A stretch of DNA of 64,000 nt from positions 334,790 through 398,789 of the forward strand of contig CP064998.1 in NCBI GenBank assembly GCA_016700035.1, in the 5' to 3' direction. Under the pieces are notes generated by a model. It made no database searches and was not told the DNA's origin. It saw nothing but the letters and a program-made list of their open reading frames with translations. The DNA comes from a bacterium (GTDB lineage Bacteria > Patescibacteriota > Saccharimonadia > CAILAD01 > GCA-016700035). The position numbers were made by a program, and so were the translations under genes. Positions 29,141 through 37,547 of this stretch are shown in pieces. Position 1 is the stretch's first letter, and each line of letters starts with the position of its first letter.

Positions 29141-30065
29141 AGGTTGCCAGCTTTACTCGTACTGGCTCAAAACCTGGCTCTTCATTGTCGCCAACGACAA
29201 TGTGACCATGTAGATGGGCAATTGAGGCTCCAGTTCTAGCCATGGTTCCAACCCGCATGAAATGGGAGTAGGCCTCCAGTCGAAACCGGCTTTCGACCTC
29301 GGTGATAATCTCCAAATAGCTCTGCCTGACAGATTGGGGTATTTCAGCCAGTGTCAGGTAGTGCTTTTTGGGAATTACCAGCAGGTGAAGTTTGGTGTTG
29401 GCATAAGGGAAGGTGTTGGCCAGCACAAACCAGCTGGTATTTTCGAGGATTATCTTGTCAACATCCGTTCTGTTGCAGAAATGACATTGACGATTTTCTT
29501 CTAACCGAACCATTTCAGCACGTTGCGCATCAGTTCGAGCTGCTGCGTGATTGTAGAGCGGTGCTTGCCAGCCGGCAACTTTTCTCCATGACTCAAACAC
29601 GATGCCGGTTATCTCGTGGTTTGAAAAAGATGGCTCACTCTCACGATACAGACACTCCCACCACGACCAGTGCATGGCCGGAAAGTAGGTGTCGGCCTGA
29701 AATTTGCCCGAAAAACGAGTAATCTCAAGGCGCTCGGCAAACTCTTCGGCGTAGGCGTAGAGCTCAGCTCCACCAATCACCCAGAGCAGTTCATCCGAGT
29801 CGCGCCAGTCAGCCAAGAAAGGATCAAGATCTCGGACTGGAATTGCTCCTGACGGCACTTCTCCGGTTCGGGTGGCGACGTAGTTTTGTCGCTTGGGCAG
29901 TAGTCTGCCGATTGATTGATGAGTTTTTCGCCCCATCAAGATTGCGTGCCCTGAAGTTAGGGCGACGAAGCGCTTCATGTCTTCAGGTACATGTCCCCAC
30001 GGTAGTTCACCGCTTAGGCCAATTTCGTCGTTTTGTCCGACGGCTACGATCATGGCGATAGTCAT
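29139..30065 (-). CDS. folA: Dihydrofolate reductase fused to C-terminal HIT (histidine-triad) domain; start at MTIAMIV, ATGA-coupled to thyA stop
   Basis: N-terminal DHFR (MIVAVGQNDEIG, LPWGHVPEDMKRFVALTSGHAILMGRKT) and C-terminal HLHGHIV HIT motif; track ORF (to 30272) overlaps thyA out of frame. Confidence 0.75.
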   Translation of the reverse strand: MTIAMIVAVGQNDEIGLSGELPWGHVPEDMKRFVALTSGHAILMGRKTHQSIGRLLPKRQNYVATRTGEVPSGAIPVRDLDPFLADWRDSDELLWVIGGAELYAYAEEFAERLEITRFSGKFQADTYFPAMHWSWWECLYRESEPSFSNHEITGIVFESWRKVAGWQAPLYNHAAARTDAQRAEMVRLEENRQCHFCNRTDVDKIILENTSWFVLANTFPYANTKLHLLVIPKKHYLTLAEIPQSVRQSYLEIITEVESRFRLEAYSHFMRVGTMARTGASIAHLHGHIVVGDNEEPGFEPVRVKLAT

Positions 30066-30949
30066 ACTGCCACCGGTATGGAACGGATGGCTGGATGAGG
30101 GTTGTAATTTGCGACGGCAAAGTGACTCGACCTCACATCTGTTATCAAGCTGACTCCTTGGAAGTTGGTGCTCACAGTAGGGAGCTGGCGTGGTACTCGA
30201 GATAGCATCTCGTCGACCGAGTCTAGCTGATCTTCGTAGATGTGGGCATTGGCAACGTGGTGCACAAACCAACCAGGCTTATAACCCGTCAAGTGTGCAA
30301 GCGCCAGCGCGATGGCGCCATACTGCACCATGTTCGAGGGGACACCCACCGGTACATCGCCCGAACGCTGGACCATTTCCAGATTCAGCCGGCCAGCCAG
30401 GATTGTAACCTGCACGTGACCGTGGCAAGGCGCAATAGTTGGTGTGGGCTGGTGCCCATAAGCTCGAGTAAGGTGACCAGCCAGCCAGTTCGTAATAACG
30501 TGTGTCTTGAGGGAAGGTTCACGCTTGATTTGATCCACAAGAGCCAACCATTGCTGGAACGGACTACCATCTGGTCCGGGATAGTTCGCAAAGACATCGC
30601 CGTACGAAGCAGGACCGATATCGCCAGTGGTAAGACCACGCTTGGCGCATTTATTCTCAGTCGCCCATGGCCCCCACCAAGTACAGCCAAACTCGGCAAA
30701 TTGCTCGAGAGTTCTAGCGCCATTAATCATGGCGCAGAGCTCACCGATTGCACCTCGCCAAAAGCCCGATATATCACGCTCGGTAATCATTGGAAAACAC
30801 TCAGAAAGGTCGAAGCGCATGGTTAGCCCTAACGCTACCTTGGTTGCTGGTCCCTGACGGGTGGTTTGCCACTCGCCAGTCTGCAGAATAGTCTGCAGGA
30901 CGTTGCGATATTGCAGTTCAGGTTCAGTCATAGCTACCTCTGTTTTCAA
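30062..30949 (-). CDS. thyA: Thymidylate synthase (ThyA type)
   Basis: 295 aa; TTRQG...RFDL N-terminus, catalytic PCH region, HxxNAHIYEDQ C-terminal motif. Confidence 0.9.
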   Translation of the reverse strand: MKTEVAMTEPELQYRNVLQTILQTGEWQTTRQGPATKVALGLTMRFDLSECFPMITERDISGFWRGAIGELCAMINGARTLEQFAEFGCTWWGPWATENKCAKRGLTTGDIGPASYGDVFANYPGPDGSPFQQWLALVDQIKREPSLKTHVITNWLAGHLTRAYGHQPTPTIAPCHGHVQVTILAGRLNLEMVQRSGDVPVGVPSNMVQYGAIALALAHLTGYKPGWFVHHVANAHIYEDQLDSVDEMLSRVPRQLPTVSTNFQGVSLITDVRSSHFAVANYNPHPAIRSIPVAV

Positions 30950-31043
30950 GGGTCAATAGAACAGCATTATCGTATCAACTATCTAGATATAGATAAACCA
31001 TAAGCATAGAAGAGACATGAGAACAATAGACTGGGTTTAAATC

Positions 31044-31298
31044 TTGATTATTATTATGCTTACACCTATAGTGATGTTTATGTTAGGCCAAAATCAAATT
31101 GCTCATGGCGATGGTAATAGCTCAGAAACTAGTTCCACGCAAAGTTTAGTGTTAGGTGATAGTAGTGGTCATCAAGATGATAGTTTTATTCAGGAAGATA
31201 TAATGATTGTAACAACAGTTGCCGTCATAATAGTGGTGATTATTGTACTGCTAGTTATCTGGCCAGTGCGTAAACAGGCAAAGAGAAAAGCAAAATGA
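31044..31298 (+). CDS. Small membrane protein
   Basis: 84 aa, two hydrophobic segments, AT-rich. Confidence 0.4.
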   Translation: MIIIMLTPIVMFMLGQNQIAHGDGNSSETSSTQSLVLGDSSGHQDDSFIQEDIMIVTTVAVIIVVIIVLLVIWPVRKQAKRKAK

Positions 31299-32155
31299 CA
31301 ATTGATATGCTAGCTCATTACTTATGGGGCATTGGATTAGTCGCACTAGCTTGTATTACGGCTCTTGTGGGTTTCGAAAAAATTTCATTACGACGTTATA
31401 ACTTGGGCTTTGTTTTTATTTTATTTATAGCGGGTGTCACGTATAATCAGTTGTTATTCAATGGTTTTGATTTTATTTTTCGTAATTACAACTTCATGAT
31501 GCTGTCTAACCAACAGCATTATTTAATTGATATGTTGAGTTTGTTTGTTGGTTTGGTGATTTTGCTGTATGCGAAACAGTATAAGCTAACCCATATTATA
31601 AAAAGTATTGGCTTTCTAATTACTGCCGCTATATTGGCTTTTCACGATCAAGGACATGTCGGCGGGCATGACCATGCGACCTGGCTTACAATCTATCACC
31701 AAAGCCTTGCTGGATTATTGTTTATTGTTGGTGTAGCTCATGGAATATTAGTACTGATGCAGGGGCGGTATTCTAAGGTACTATATAGTGTGATTACAAT
31801 TTGTCTGTGTAGCGCAGGATTAACATTACTTCTATATCAAAATCCAACACCACCTAGCCATAGCTCTAGCTGTGGTGCACTTGGTCGAGTGGTTGATGTT
31901 ACGGTTGATGAAAATGGTTTTAGCAAGAATGAGCTAAGTGTGAATATCTGCGATATACTGGTTATTCAAAACACTGGTGGTTCAATGCATAAGGTAGCTT
32001 TTGGTAATCATAGTGCCCACGGAAGCTATGGGGTTTATAAAGAAACCGACTTAAATCCAAGTGATAAGACGGTGATAATTCTAAGTGAAGTTGGTGAGTT
32101 TAAGTTGCACGATCATTTTAATGACAGTAGCACTATGCAATTGGAAGTTAAATAG
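31295..32155 (+). CDS. Membrane protein with His-rich segment and soluble C-terminal domain
   Basis: 286 aa; 6-7 TM, HDQGHVGGHDHATW His cluster. Confidence 0.45.
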   Translation: MTIDMLAHYLWGIGLVALACITALVGFEKISLRRYNLGFVFILFIAGVTYNQLLFNGFDFIFRNYNFMMLSNQQHYLIDMLSLFVGLVILLYAKQYKLTHIIKSIGFLITAAILAFHDQGHVGGHDHATWLTIYHQSLAGLLFIVGVAHGILVLMQGRYSKVLYSVITICLCSAGLTLLLYQNPTPPSHSSSCGALGRVVDVTVDENGFSKNELSVNICDILVIQNTGGSMHKVAFGNHSAHGSYGVYKETDLNPSDKTVIILSEVGEFKLHDHFNDSSTMQLEVK

Positions 32156-32184
32156 CCTTTGTCGTGCGAGCTTCATCGGGCTTA

Positions 32185-32213
32185 TTGACCAAGACATCTA
32201 AATCTGGTACTAT
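32185..32213 (+). promoter_or_regulatory. Putative rplJL promoter (TTGACC-17-TACTAT) followed by about 150-nt structured leader (32214..32368)
   Basis: Near-consensus -35/-10 with 17-nt spacer; leader contains GTGCtcGCAC hairpin; position matches known L10 leader location. Confidence 0.45.
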
Positions 32214-32368
32214 ACATAAAGTACGAACCGAAGACAGGCGCTGGTTTTTAATATATTTAAACCTTAATTTGCTCCCGAGGCGATGACGAATATCTATTTG
32301 ATTACGTCCCCCGTGTCTTAAAGTGCTCGCACTAAGATTTTCATTAAAAATTAAATAAAGGAGTCAGT

Positions 32369-32902
32369 ATGGCAAAGACTCGCATTCAAAAGGAACAAGA
32401 CCTCCAGAAGTTGGTTGAGAACCTAGATAGTGCTAAACTTGCTGTCCTGGCCGACTACCGTGGCCTCGATGTGCCAGCAATCAGTGATTTGCGTAATATT
32501 TTGCGCGAAAATGGCATCACATTTACGGTTGCTAAAAATACGCTAGTAAGAAAAGCTGCCGAGCAGAGTGCCAAAGAAATCACTCAACTTGAAGTATTTT
32601 CTGGCCCTATGGCAATTGCGTTTGGTGCAGACGAGGTAGAGGCGGCTAAGCTCATGGCTGATTTTGCGAAAACAAATGACGCCCTCGAGATTGTTGGCGG
32701 AATTGATGAAGCTGGTGAGATCCTCACTCGTGAGGCTGTGATGGCATTAGCACAGCTCCCAAGCCGCGAACAGCTTTTGGCGCAGGTAGTTGGTACAGTT
32801 GCCGCTCCACTTTCGGGCATGGTCCGAGTGTTGAACGGTAATTTGTCAGGATTAGTGTATGCACTTAATGCTATTAAGGAAAAGAAAGAAGCAGCTGCTT
32901 AA
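32369..32902 (+). CDS. rplJ: 50S ribosomal protein L10
   Basis: 177 aa, typical L10 N-terminus (KxxKxxxVxxLxxxLxxAxxxVLADYRGL). Confidence 0.9.
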   Translation: MAKTRIQKEQDLQKLVENLDSAKLAVLADYRGLDVPAISDLRNILRENGITFTVAKNTLVRKAAEQSAKEITQLEVFSGPMAIAFGADEVEAAKLMADFAKTNDALEIVGGIDEAGEILTREAVMALAQLPSREQLLAQVVGTVAAPLSGMVRVLNGNLSGLVYALNAIKEKKEAAA

Positions 32903-32929
32903 AGCTACTTCTAAATTAAGGAGAATATT

Positions 32930-33376
32930 ATGGCCGAAGAGACCAAAAACGAAGCTGTAGAAGCAGCTGATAAAAAAGAAGAAAAGAAAGAAGTTCCAGA
33001 AAAGTTTGCAAAACTTGTAGCTGAACTAGATAAGATGAGCGTACTCGATCTTTCTGAGTTTGTAACCACCCTTGAAGACCACTACGGTGTGTCGGCCGCT
33101 GCCCCAGTTGCAGTAGCTGGTGTAGCTGCTCCTGCTGGTGAAGCTGCAGAAGCTGCCGAGGAGAAGAGCCAGTACAACATCTTCCTTCAGTCTGCTGGTG
33201 AAAAGAAGATTGATGTCATTAAGGCAGTTCGTGAAATTACCGGACTTGGCTTGGCTGAGTCAAAGGCGGTAGTTGATGGCGCTCCAACTATGGTGAAAGA
33301 AAATGCACCAAAGGAAGAGGCTGAAGAAGCTAAGACTAAGCTCGAAGCTGCTGGTGCCACTGTAGAACTTCAGTAA
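32930..33376 (+). CDS. rplL: 50S ribosomal protein L7/L12
   Basis: Ala-rich hinge and C-terminal KIxVIKxVRExTGLGLxEAKxxVD motif. Confidence 0.9.
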   Translation: MAEETKNEAVEAADKKEEKKEVPEKFAKLVAELDKMSVLDLSEFVTTLEDHYGVSAAAPVAVAGVAAPAGEAAEAAEEKSQYNIFLQSAGEKKIDVIKAVREITGLGLAESKAVVDGAPTMVKENAPKEEAEEAKTKLEAAGATVELQ

Positions 33377-33405
33377 GCAAGAGGTCAGTTAAATTTAAAC
33401 TAATT

Positions 33406-33432
33406 GCCACTCGAAAGAGTGGCTTTTAGTTT
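33406..33432 (+). terminator. Rho-independent terminator after rplL (no rpoB follows)
   Basis: GCCACTC-gaaa-GAGTGGC-TTTTAGTTT; followed by TTGCAT-18-TATACT promoter-like sequence. Confidence 0.6.
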
Positions 33433-33526
33433 AAATAATTAAAAATATTTGCATTTATGTATGGTCAGGTGGTATACTCCACCTGAATCTGTGGGTTATA
33501 AAAAATAAGCAAAAAGTGAGTAATAT

Positions 33527-34078
33527 ATGTCAACGAACAATCAAAATGATGCTAAATTATTACAACTAGCCAGCCAACTTAAGGCTGCTGAAGAAAATAT
33601 GCAAAAAATTCATGAGCAGTTAGATGCCATGGGTATCAAGCCAGAGGAGCTACCTGACGCTCCACCGGTACCTGTGCATTCAGCACCATCAGCCGATACT
33701 AGCTTGCATCTTGGTGGAAAAGTTATTGAGGGTATCTTTGATGGTCAAAACATGGTTGGACCAAACGAAAAAACTTATCCCATTCCTGCTAACTATGCTT
33801 CAAAATCAAAGCTTGTTGAAGGAGATATTCTGAAGCTCACAATTTCAGAAGATGGCAGCTTTATCTATAAACAAATTGGCCCAATTGAACGTAAGAAGTT
33901 AATAGGTGCGGTTACCTTGCAAGATGGCACCTACATGGTTGAGGCTGGTGGTAAGCTCTATCATGTGTTGTTTGCTAGTGTTACGTATTTTAAGGCTCAG
34001 CCAGGTGATGAAGTGACTGTCGTTATTCCGGCCGATCGACCAGCTTCCTGGGCGGCGATTGAAGCTGTGATTGGCTAA
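33527..34078 (+). CDS. Hypothetical protein
   Basis: 183 aa; coiled N-terminus, no motif. Confidence 0.45.
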   Translation: MSTNNQNDAKLLQLASQLKAAEENMQKIHEQLDAMGIKPEELPDAPPVPVHSAPSADTSLHLGGKVIEGIFDGQNMVGPNEKTYPIPANYASKSKLVEGDILKLTISEDGSFIYKQIGPIERKKLIGAVTLQDGTYMVEAGGKLYHVLFASVTYFKAQPGDEVTVVIPADRPASWAAIEAVIG

Positions 34079-34161
34079 AGCTCATATTAATGTGCTAGCT
34101 TGCTGTTTAATGTAGCGCTATAATAGTAAGTAACTTTTGAGAGTTAGTATGAGGAGGGGAA

Positions 34162-35577
34162 TTGAGTCGCTTTGCGCTATATCGTGAATATCGACCGACT
34201 GATTTATCAGATGTGGTTGGTCAGGGTCATATCACGCAACTTTTAGAGACAGCCTTAGCTCAGCAGAAATTGAGCCATGCTTATTTATTTACAGGACCAC
34301 GCGGAACCGGCAAAACCAGTGTGGCACGGATCTTGGCTCGGCGAGTAAATGAATTGCCAGCTAGTGCTGTTCTTGATGCTGAGCTTGATATCATCGAGAT
34401 TGATGCTGCTTCAAATCGAGGTATTGATGAGATTCGTTCGTTACGGGAAAAAATTACAACAGCCCCCACGCGCTTGCAGTATAAGGTCTTTATTATCGAT
34501 GAGGCTCATATGCTGACGCGCGAGGCTTTTAACGCCTTATTAAAAACCCTGGAAGAACCTCCAGCACATGTAATTTTTATTTTAGCAACTACCGAAGTTC
34601 ACAAATTGCCAGACACAGTGGTGAGCCGTACTCAGCGCTATGATTTTCGTCCCGTTCAACCATCTGGTATGCTGGACCATTTACAGTCCGTCGCACAAGC
34701 TGAATCGATGCAGATTGATGATGATGCTCTAACATTGATTGCTGAATTATCGGGCGGTGGTTTTCGTGATGCGCTCAGCTTACTCGATCAGATTGGTAGC
34801 ACACAAAGTAAAGTTTCGCGACAATTAGTAGCCGAAGTGGCGGGGATTGGAGACGAAGCGGTTGTGTGTAGGCTGATTGTTACTGTTGGACAAGGTGACC
34901 TAAATGGTGCTTTATCTATACTAGAAGAGTTGTGGAATAGTGGCGCTGAGCCTACGCTCTTAGTGGAGCATATATTACTAATTGCACGCAAGCAGTTTTT
35001 AAAACCCAGTAAAGAGGATGACCTTTCAAGAGAGCAATTGGCTCGACTGCTGGCTGAATTCACTCAAGCGGCACGAGAGCTCAAAACAGTCCCAATTCCA
35101 ACTCTACCGCTAGAATTAGCAGTTTGGCGATTGTCTACTGAATCGAGCAGTGTAGTATCGGAGGGTAGTGTTGCCAAATCTATTAATGTGGTACCACCCA
35201 GACGAACCGTAAAAGCTACAGTTAAAGCCCAGGACTTACCTGAGGCTATACTGCGTGCCGATAAGATAACGGCTAAGGCCCTATCGTTAATCAAGTCTAA
35301 AAATAACTCTTTATATGCAGTTTTACGATCCGGTGACCCAGCTTTGCAAGCAAATAAATTAATTATACGGTGTCGTTTCCGCTTCCATAAAGAGCGGATT
35401 GAAGAGCCCAAAAACCAGCAGTTTATTGAGGCTGTTTTTACAAAAGTAGCTAACCGTCCAATTGAGATGATCGTTCGGCATGCTACAGATGAGTCAGCGG
35501 TAGTCTCAGCTCAGCCCGAGGAAGAGTTGGTGGCCAGCGCCATAGAGATATTGGGCGGGGAAGTGGTGCAGGATTAG
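34162..35577 (+). CDS. dnaX: DNA polymerase III subunit gamma/tau
   Basis: YRPxxLSDVVGQ, Walker A GPRGTGKTS, DEAHML box; non-ATG start after GAGGAGGGG RBS. Confidence 0.9.
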   Translation: MSRFALYREYRPTDLSDVVGQGHITQLLETALAQQKLSHAYLFTGPRGTGKTSVARILARRVNELPASAVLDAELDIIEIDAASNRGIDEIRSLREKITTAPTRLQYKVFIIDEAHMLTREAFNALLKTLEEPPAHVIFILATTEVHKLPDTVVSRTQRYDFRPVQPSGMLDHLQSVAQAESMQIDDDALTLIAELSGGGFRDALSLLDQIGSTQSKVSRQLVAEVAGIGDEAVVCRLIVTVGQGDLNGALSILEELWNSGAEPTLLVEHILLIARKQFLKPSKEDDLSREQLARLLAEFTQAARELKTVPIPTLPLELAVWRLSTESSSVVSEGSVAKSINVVPPRRTVKATVKAQDLPEAILRADKITAKALSLIKSKNNSLYAVLRSGDPALQANKLIIRCRFRFHKERIEEPKNQQFIEAVFTKVANRPIEMIVRHATDESAVVSAQPEEELVASAIEILGGEVVQD

Positions 35578-35580
35578 GGT

Positions 35581-36969
35581 ATGGTAAAGCGTGATATGCC
35601 ACCACCCCCACCGACTGAGGCCGAGCTAGCCAAATTGTCGCCACCTCACAGCATTCAGGCCGAGCGATCTCTTTTAGGGACCATACTTTTAGATGCCGAC
35701 TCACTAATTAAAGTGGCCGATATAGTGGTAGCTGATGATTTTTATGATCGGCGTAATGGCATTATTTATGAGACATTTGTGAAGCTTTATGAAAAGCGCC
35801 GACCGATTGATTTAGTAACTTTATCTGAAGATCTAAAAAGTAATAAAGAGCTTGAAAATATTGGTGGCATGACTTACTTAACAGAGTTAGCAGGTAGTGA
35901 AGCTACTACTGCCCATGCGGCTGAGTATGCTCGGCTAGTTGCTGGTAAGGCAACACTGCGTCGACTTGATGTGGCTGGCCATGCTATTTCTGGCTTAGCG
36001 CACGATGAAACACGCGAACTAGAGGGCTTATTGGATGAAGCCGAGCAGGCATTATTCTCGGTTAGTCAAAAGCATTTAAAGCAAAATTTTATTTCAATCA
36101 AGGATGTTTTAGCTGATAGTTTTGATCGCTTAGATGCGCTCCATAAAGATAAGCAACAATTACGCGGTGTACCGACAGGTTTTAAGGAGATGGATCGCTT
36201 ATTAGCTGGTTTACAGCGCTCAGATCTAATTATTCTGGCGGCTCGGCCTAGTATGGGAAAAACAAGTTTTGCCATGAATATTGCTGCCCATGTGGCCATC
36301 AAAGAGGGTATTCCTGTTGGTATTTTCTCTTTGGAGATGAGTAAGGAGCAGTTAATTGACCGTCTTTTGGCGTCAGAGTCGGGTATTGATTCTTGGAAAT
36401 TGCGGACTGGAAATTTAGAAGATAAAGATTTTGAAAAGCTTAATCGAGCGATGGGTGTGATGGCTGAAGCGCCAATTTTTATTGACGACTCAGCTATGGC
36501 GAATGCCCTTGAGATGCGCACCAAGGCACGCCGTTTGCAAACTGAGCATGGTTTGGGTCTGATTATTATTGATTACCTGCAGCTTATGAGTGGACGTGCT
36601 TCTAGTGATGGTAGTCGAGTTAATGAAATTTCTGAAATCTCTCGCTCTCTAAAAGGTTTAGCGCGTGAGCTGGATGTGCCGGTAATTGCTTTGTCTCAGC
36701 TGTCGCGAGCTGTGGAGCAACGTCATCCACAGATTCCTCAGCTTTCAGATCTGCGTGAATCTGGTTCAATTGAACAGGATGCTGATGTGGTGATGTTTAT
36801 TTACCGCGAGGATTACTACAATAAGGAGAGTGAGCGCCGTAATATTTCAGATATCTTGGTGCGCAAGCATCGCAATGGACCAACTGGTGATGTGGAGCTC
36901 TTCTTTAGTCCGGAGCTGATGTTGTTTCGGTCACTTGATCGTAAGCGCGAAGGCAGTTCTCTAGAGTAA
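35581..36969 (+). CDS. dnaB: Replicative DNA helicase
   Basis: N-terminal domain (PPHSIQAERSLLG), Walker A ARPSMGKTS, DYLQLM Walker B region. Confidence 0.9.
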   Translation: MVKRDMPPPPPTEAELAKLSPPHSIQAERSLLGTILLDADSLIKVADIVVADDFYDRRNGIIYETFVKLYEKRRPIDLVTLSEDLKSNKELENIGGMTYLTELAGSEATTAHAAEYARLVAGKATLRRLDVAGHAISGLAHDETRELEGLLDEAEQALFSVSQKHLKQNFISIKDVLADSFDRLDALHKDKQQLRGVPTGFKEMDRLLAGLQRSDLIILAARPSMGKTSFAMNIAAHVAIKEGIPVGIFSLEMSKEQLIDRLLASESGIDSWKLRTGNLEDKDFEKLNRAMGVMAEAPIFIDDSAMANALEMRTKARRLQTEHGLGLIIIDYLQLMSGRASSDGSRVNEISEISRSLKGLARELDVPVIALSQLSRAVEQRHPQIPQLSDLRESGSIEQDADVVMFIYREDYYNKESERRNISDILVRKHRNGPTGDVELFFSPELMLFRSLDRKREGSSLE

Positions 36970-37040
36970 TCCCTAGCATAACTGGATTGCATTAAATCAG
37001 CTATGTCACGTATACTAGTATTTGAAATAAGGAAAAACTT

Positions 37041-37547
37041 TTGAAAGAACAAAAACTGGTGGCAAAAAATGCCAAGCGAGAAGTGGCTCAAGTTGGACGC
37101 TTTGGTATTGTTGGCATTATCAATACCCTGATAGATTTTATTATTTTAAACATTGTAAAAAATATGACGGGCTGGTCGGATGTCGTAGCAAACATCCCAG
37201 CCGTCATGGTGGCGATGATTTTTAGCTTTTTTGCTAATCGTCTTTTTGTTTTTCGTGGTAATCAAAAAAAAGATATTGGTCGACAGGCATTAGAGTTTTT
37301 CCCAATCACAGCCTTTGGCTTAATTGTAATTCAAGGGGTTGTATTTTACATATTTGAAGACGTTTGGCGATATCCGGTGGAATTAGGAATAGCTTTTGCT
37401 AATTGGACACATATTATTGGCACAGCCGGTATTACCGCACAGTTCGTGGAGACTAATGGTGTTAAGATAGTGGCAACTGGAGCGAGTTTAGTTTGGAATT
37501 ATTTGATGTATAAGAAAGTGGTATTTAAATCGGGGGCTAAGCAATGA
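37041..37547 (+). CDS. GtrA-family polysaccharide-biosynthesis membrane protein (TTG start)
   Basis: 168 aa, 4 TM; FGIVGIINTLIDFIILN GtrA signature. Confidence 0.7.
   Translation: MKEQKLVAKNAKREVAQVGRFGIVGIINTLIDFIILNIVKNMTGWSDVVANIPAVMVAMIFSFFANRLFVFRGNQKKDIGRQALEFFPITAFGLIVIQGVVFYIFEDVWRYPVELGIAFANWTHIIGTAGITAQFVETNGVKIVATGASLVWNYLMYKKVVFKSGAKQ

Noticed and set aside
29139-30272. 377-aa extent of the DHFR ORF as given by the track
   Set aside because: First 69 codons overlap thyA out of frame and lack similarity to anything. The true start is the ATG at 30065 (MTIAMIV) forming an ATGA junction with thyA.
29262-30857. Cluster of 60-190-aa ORFs on both strands (29262..29504, 29351..29722, 29670..29852, 29843..30061, 30190..30408, 30242..30826, 30385..30723, 30627..30857)
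   Set aside because: All lie inside thyA / DHFR-HIT and reflect the low stop-codon frequency of this GC-rich island; they are useful only as a compositional signal.
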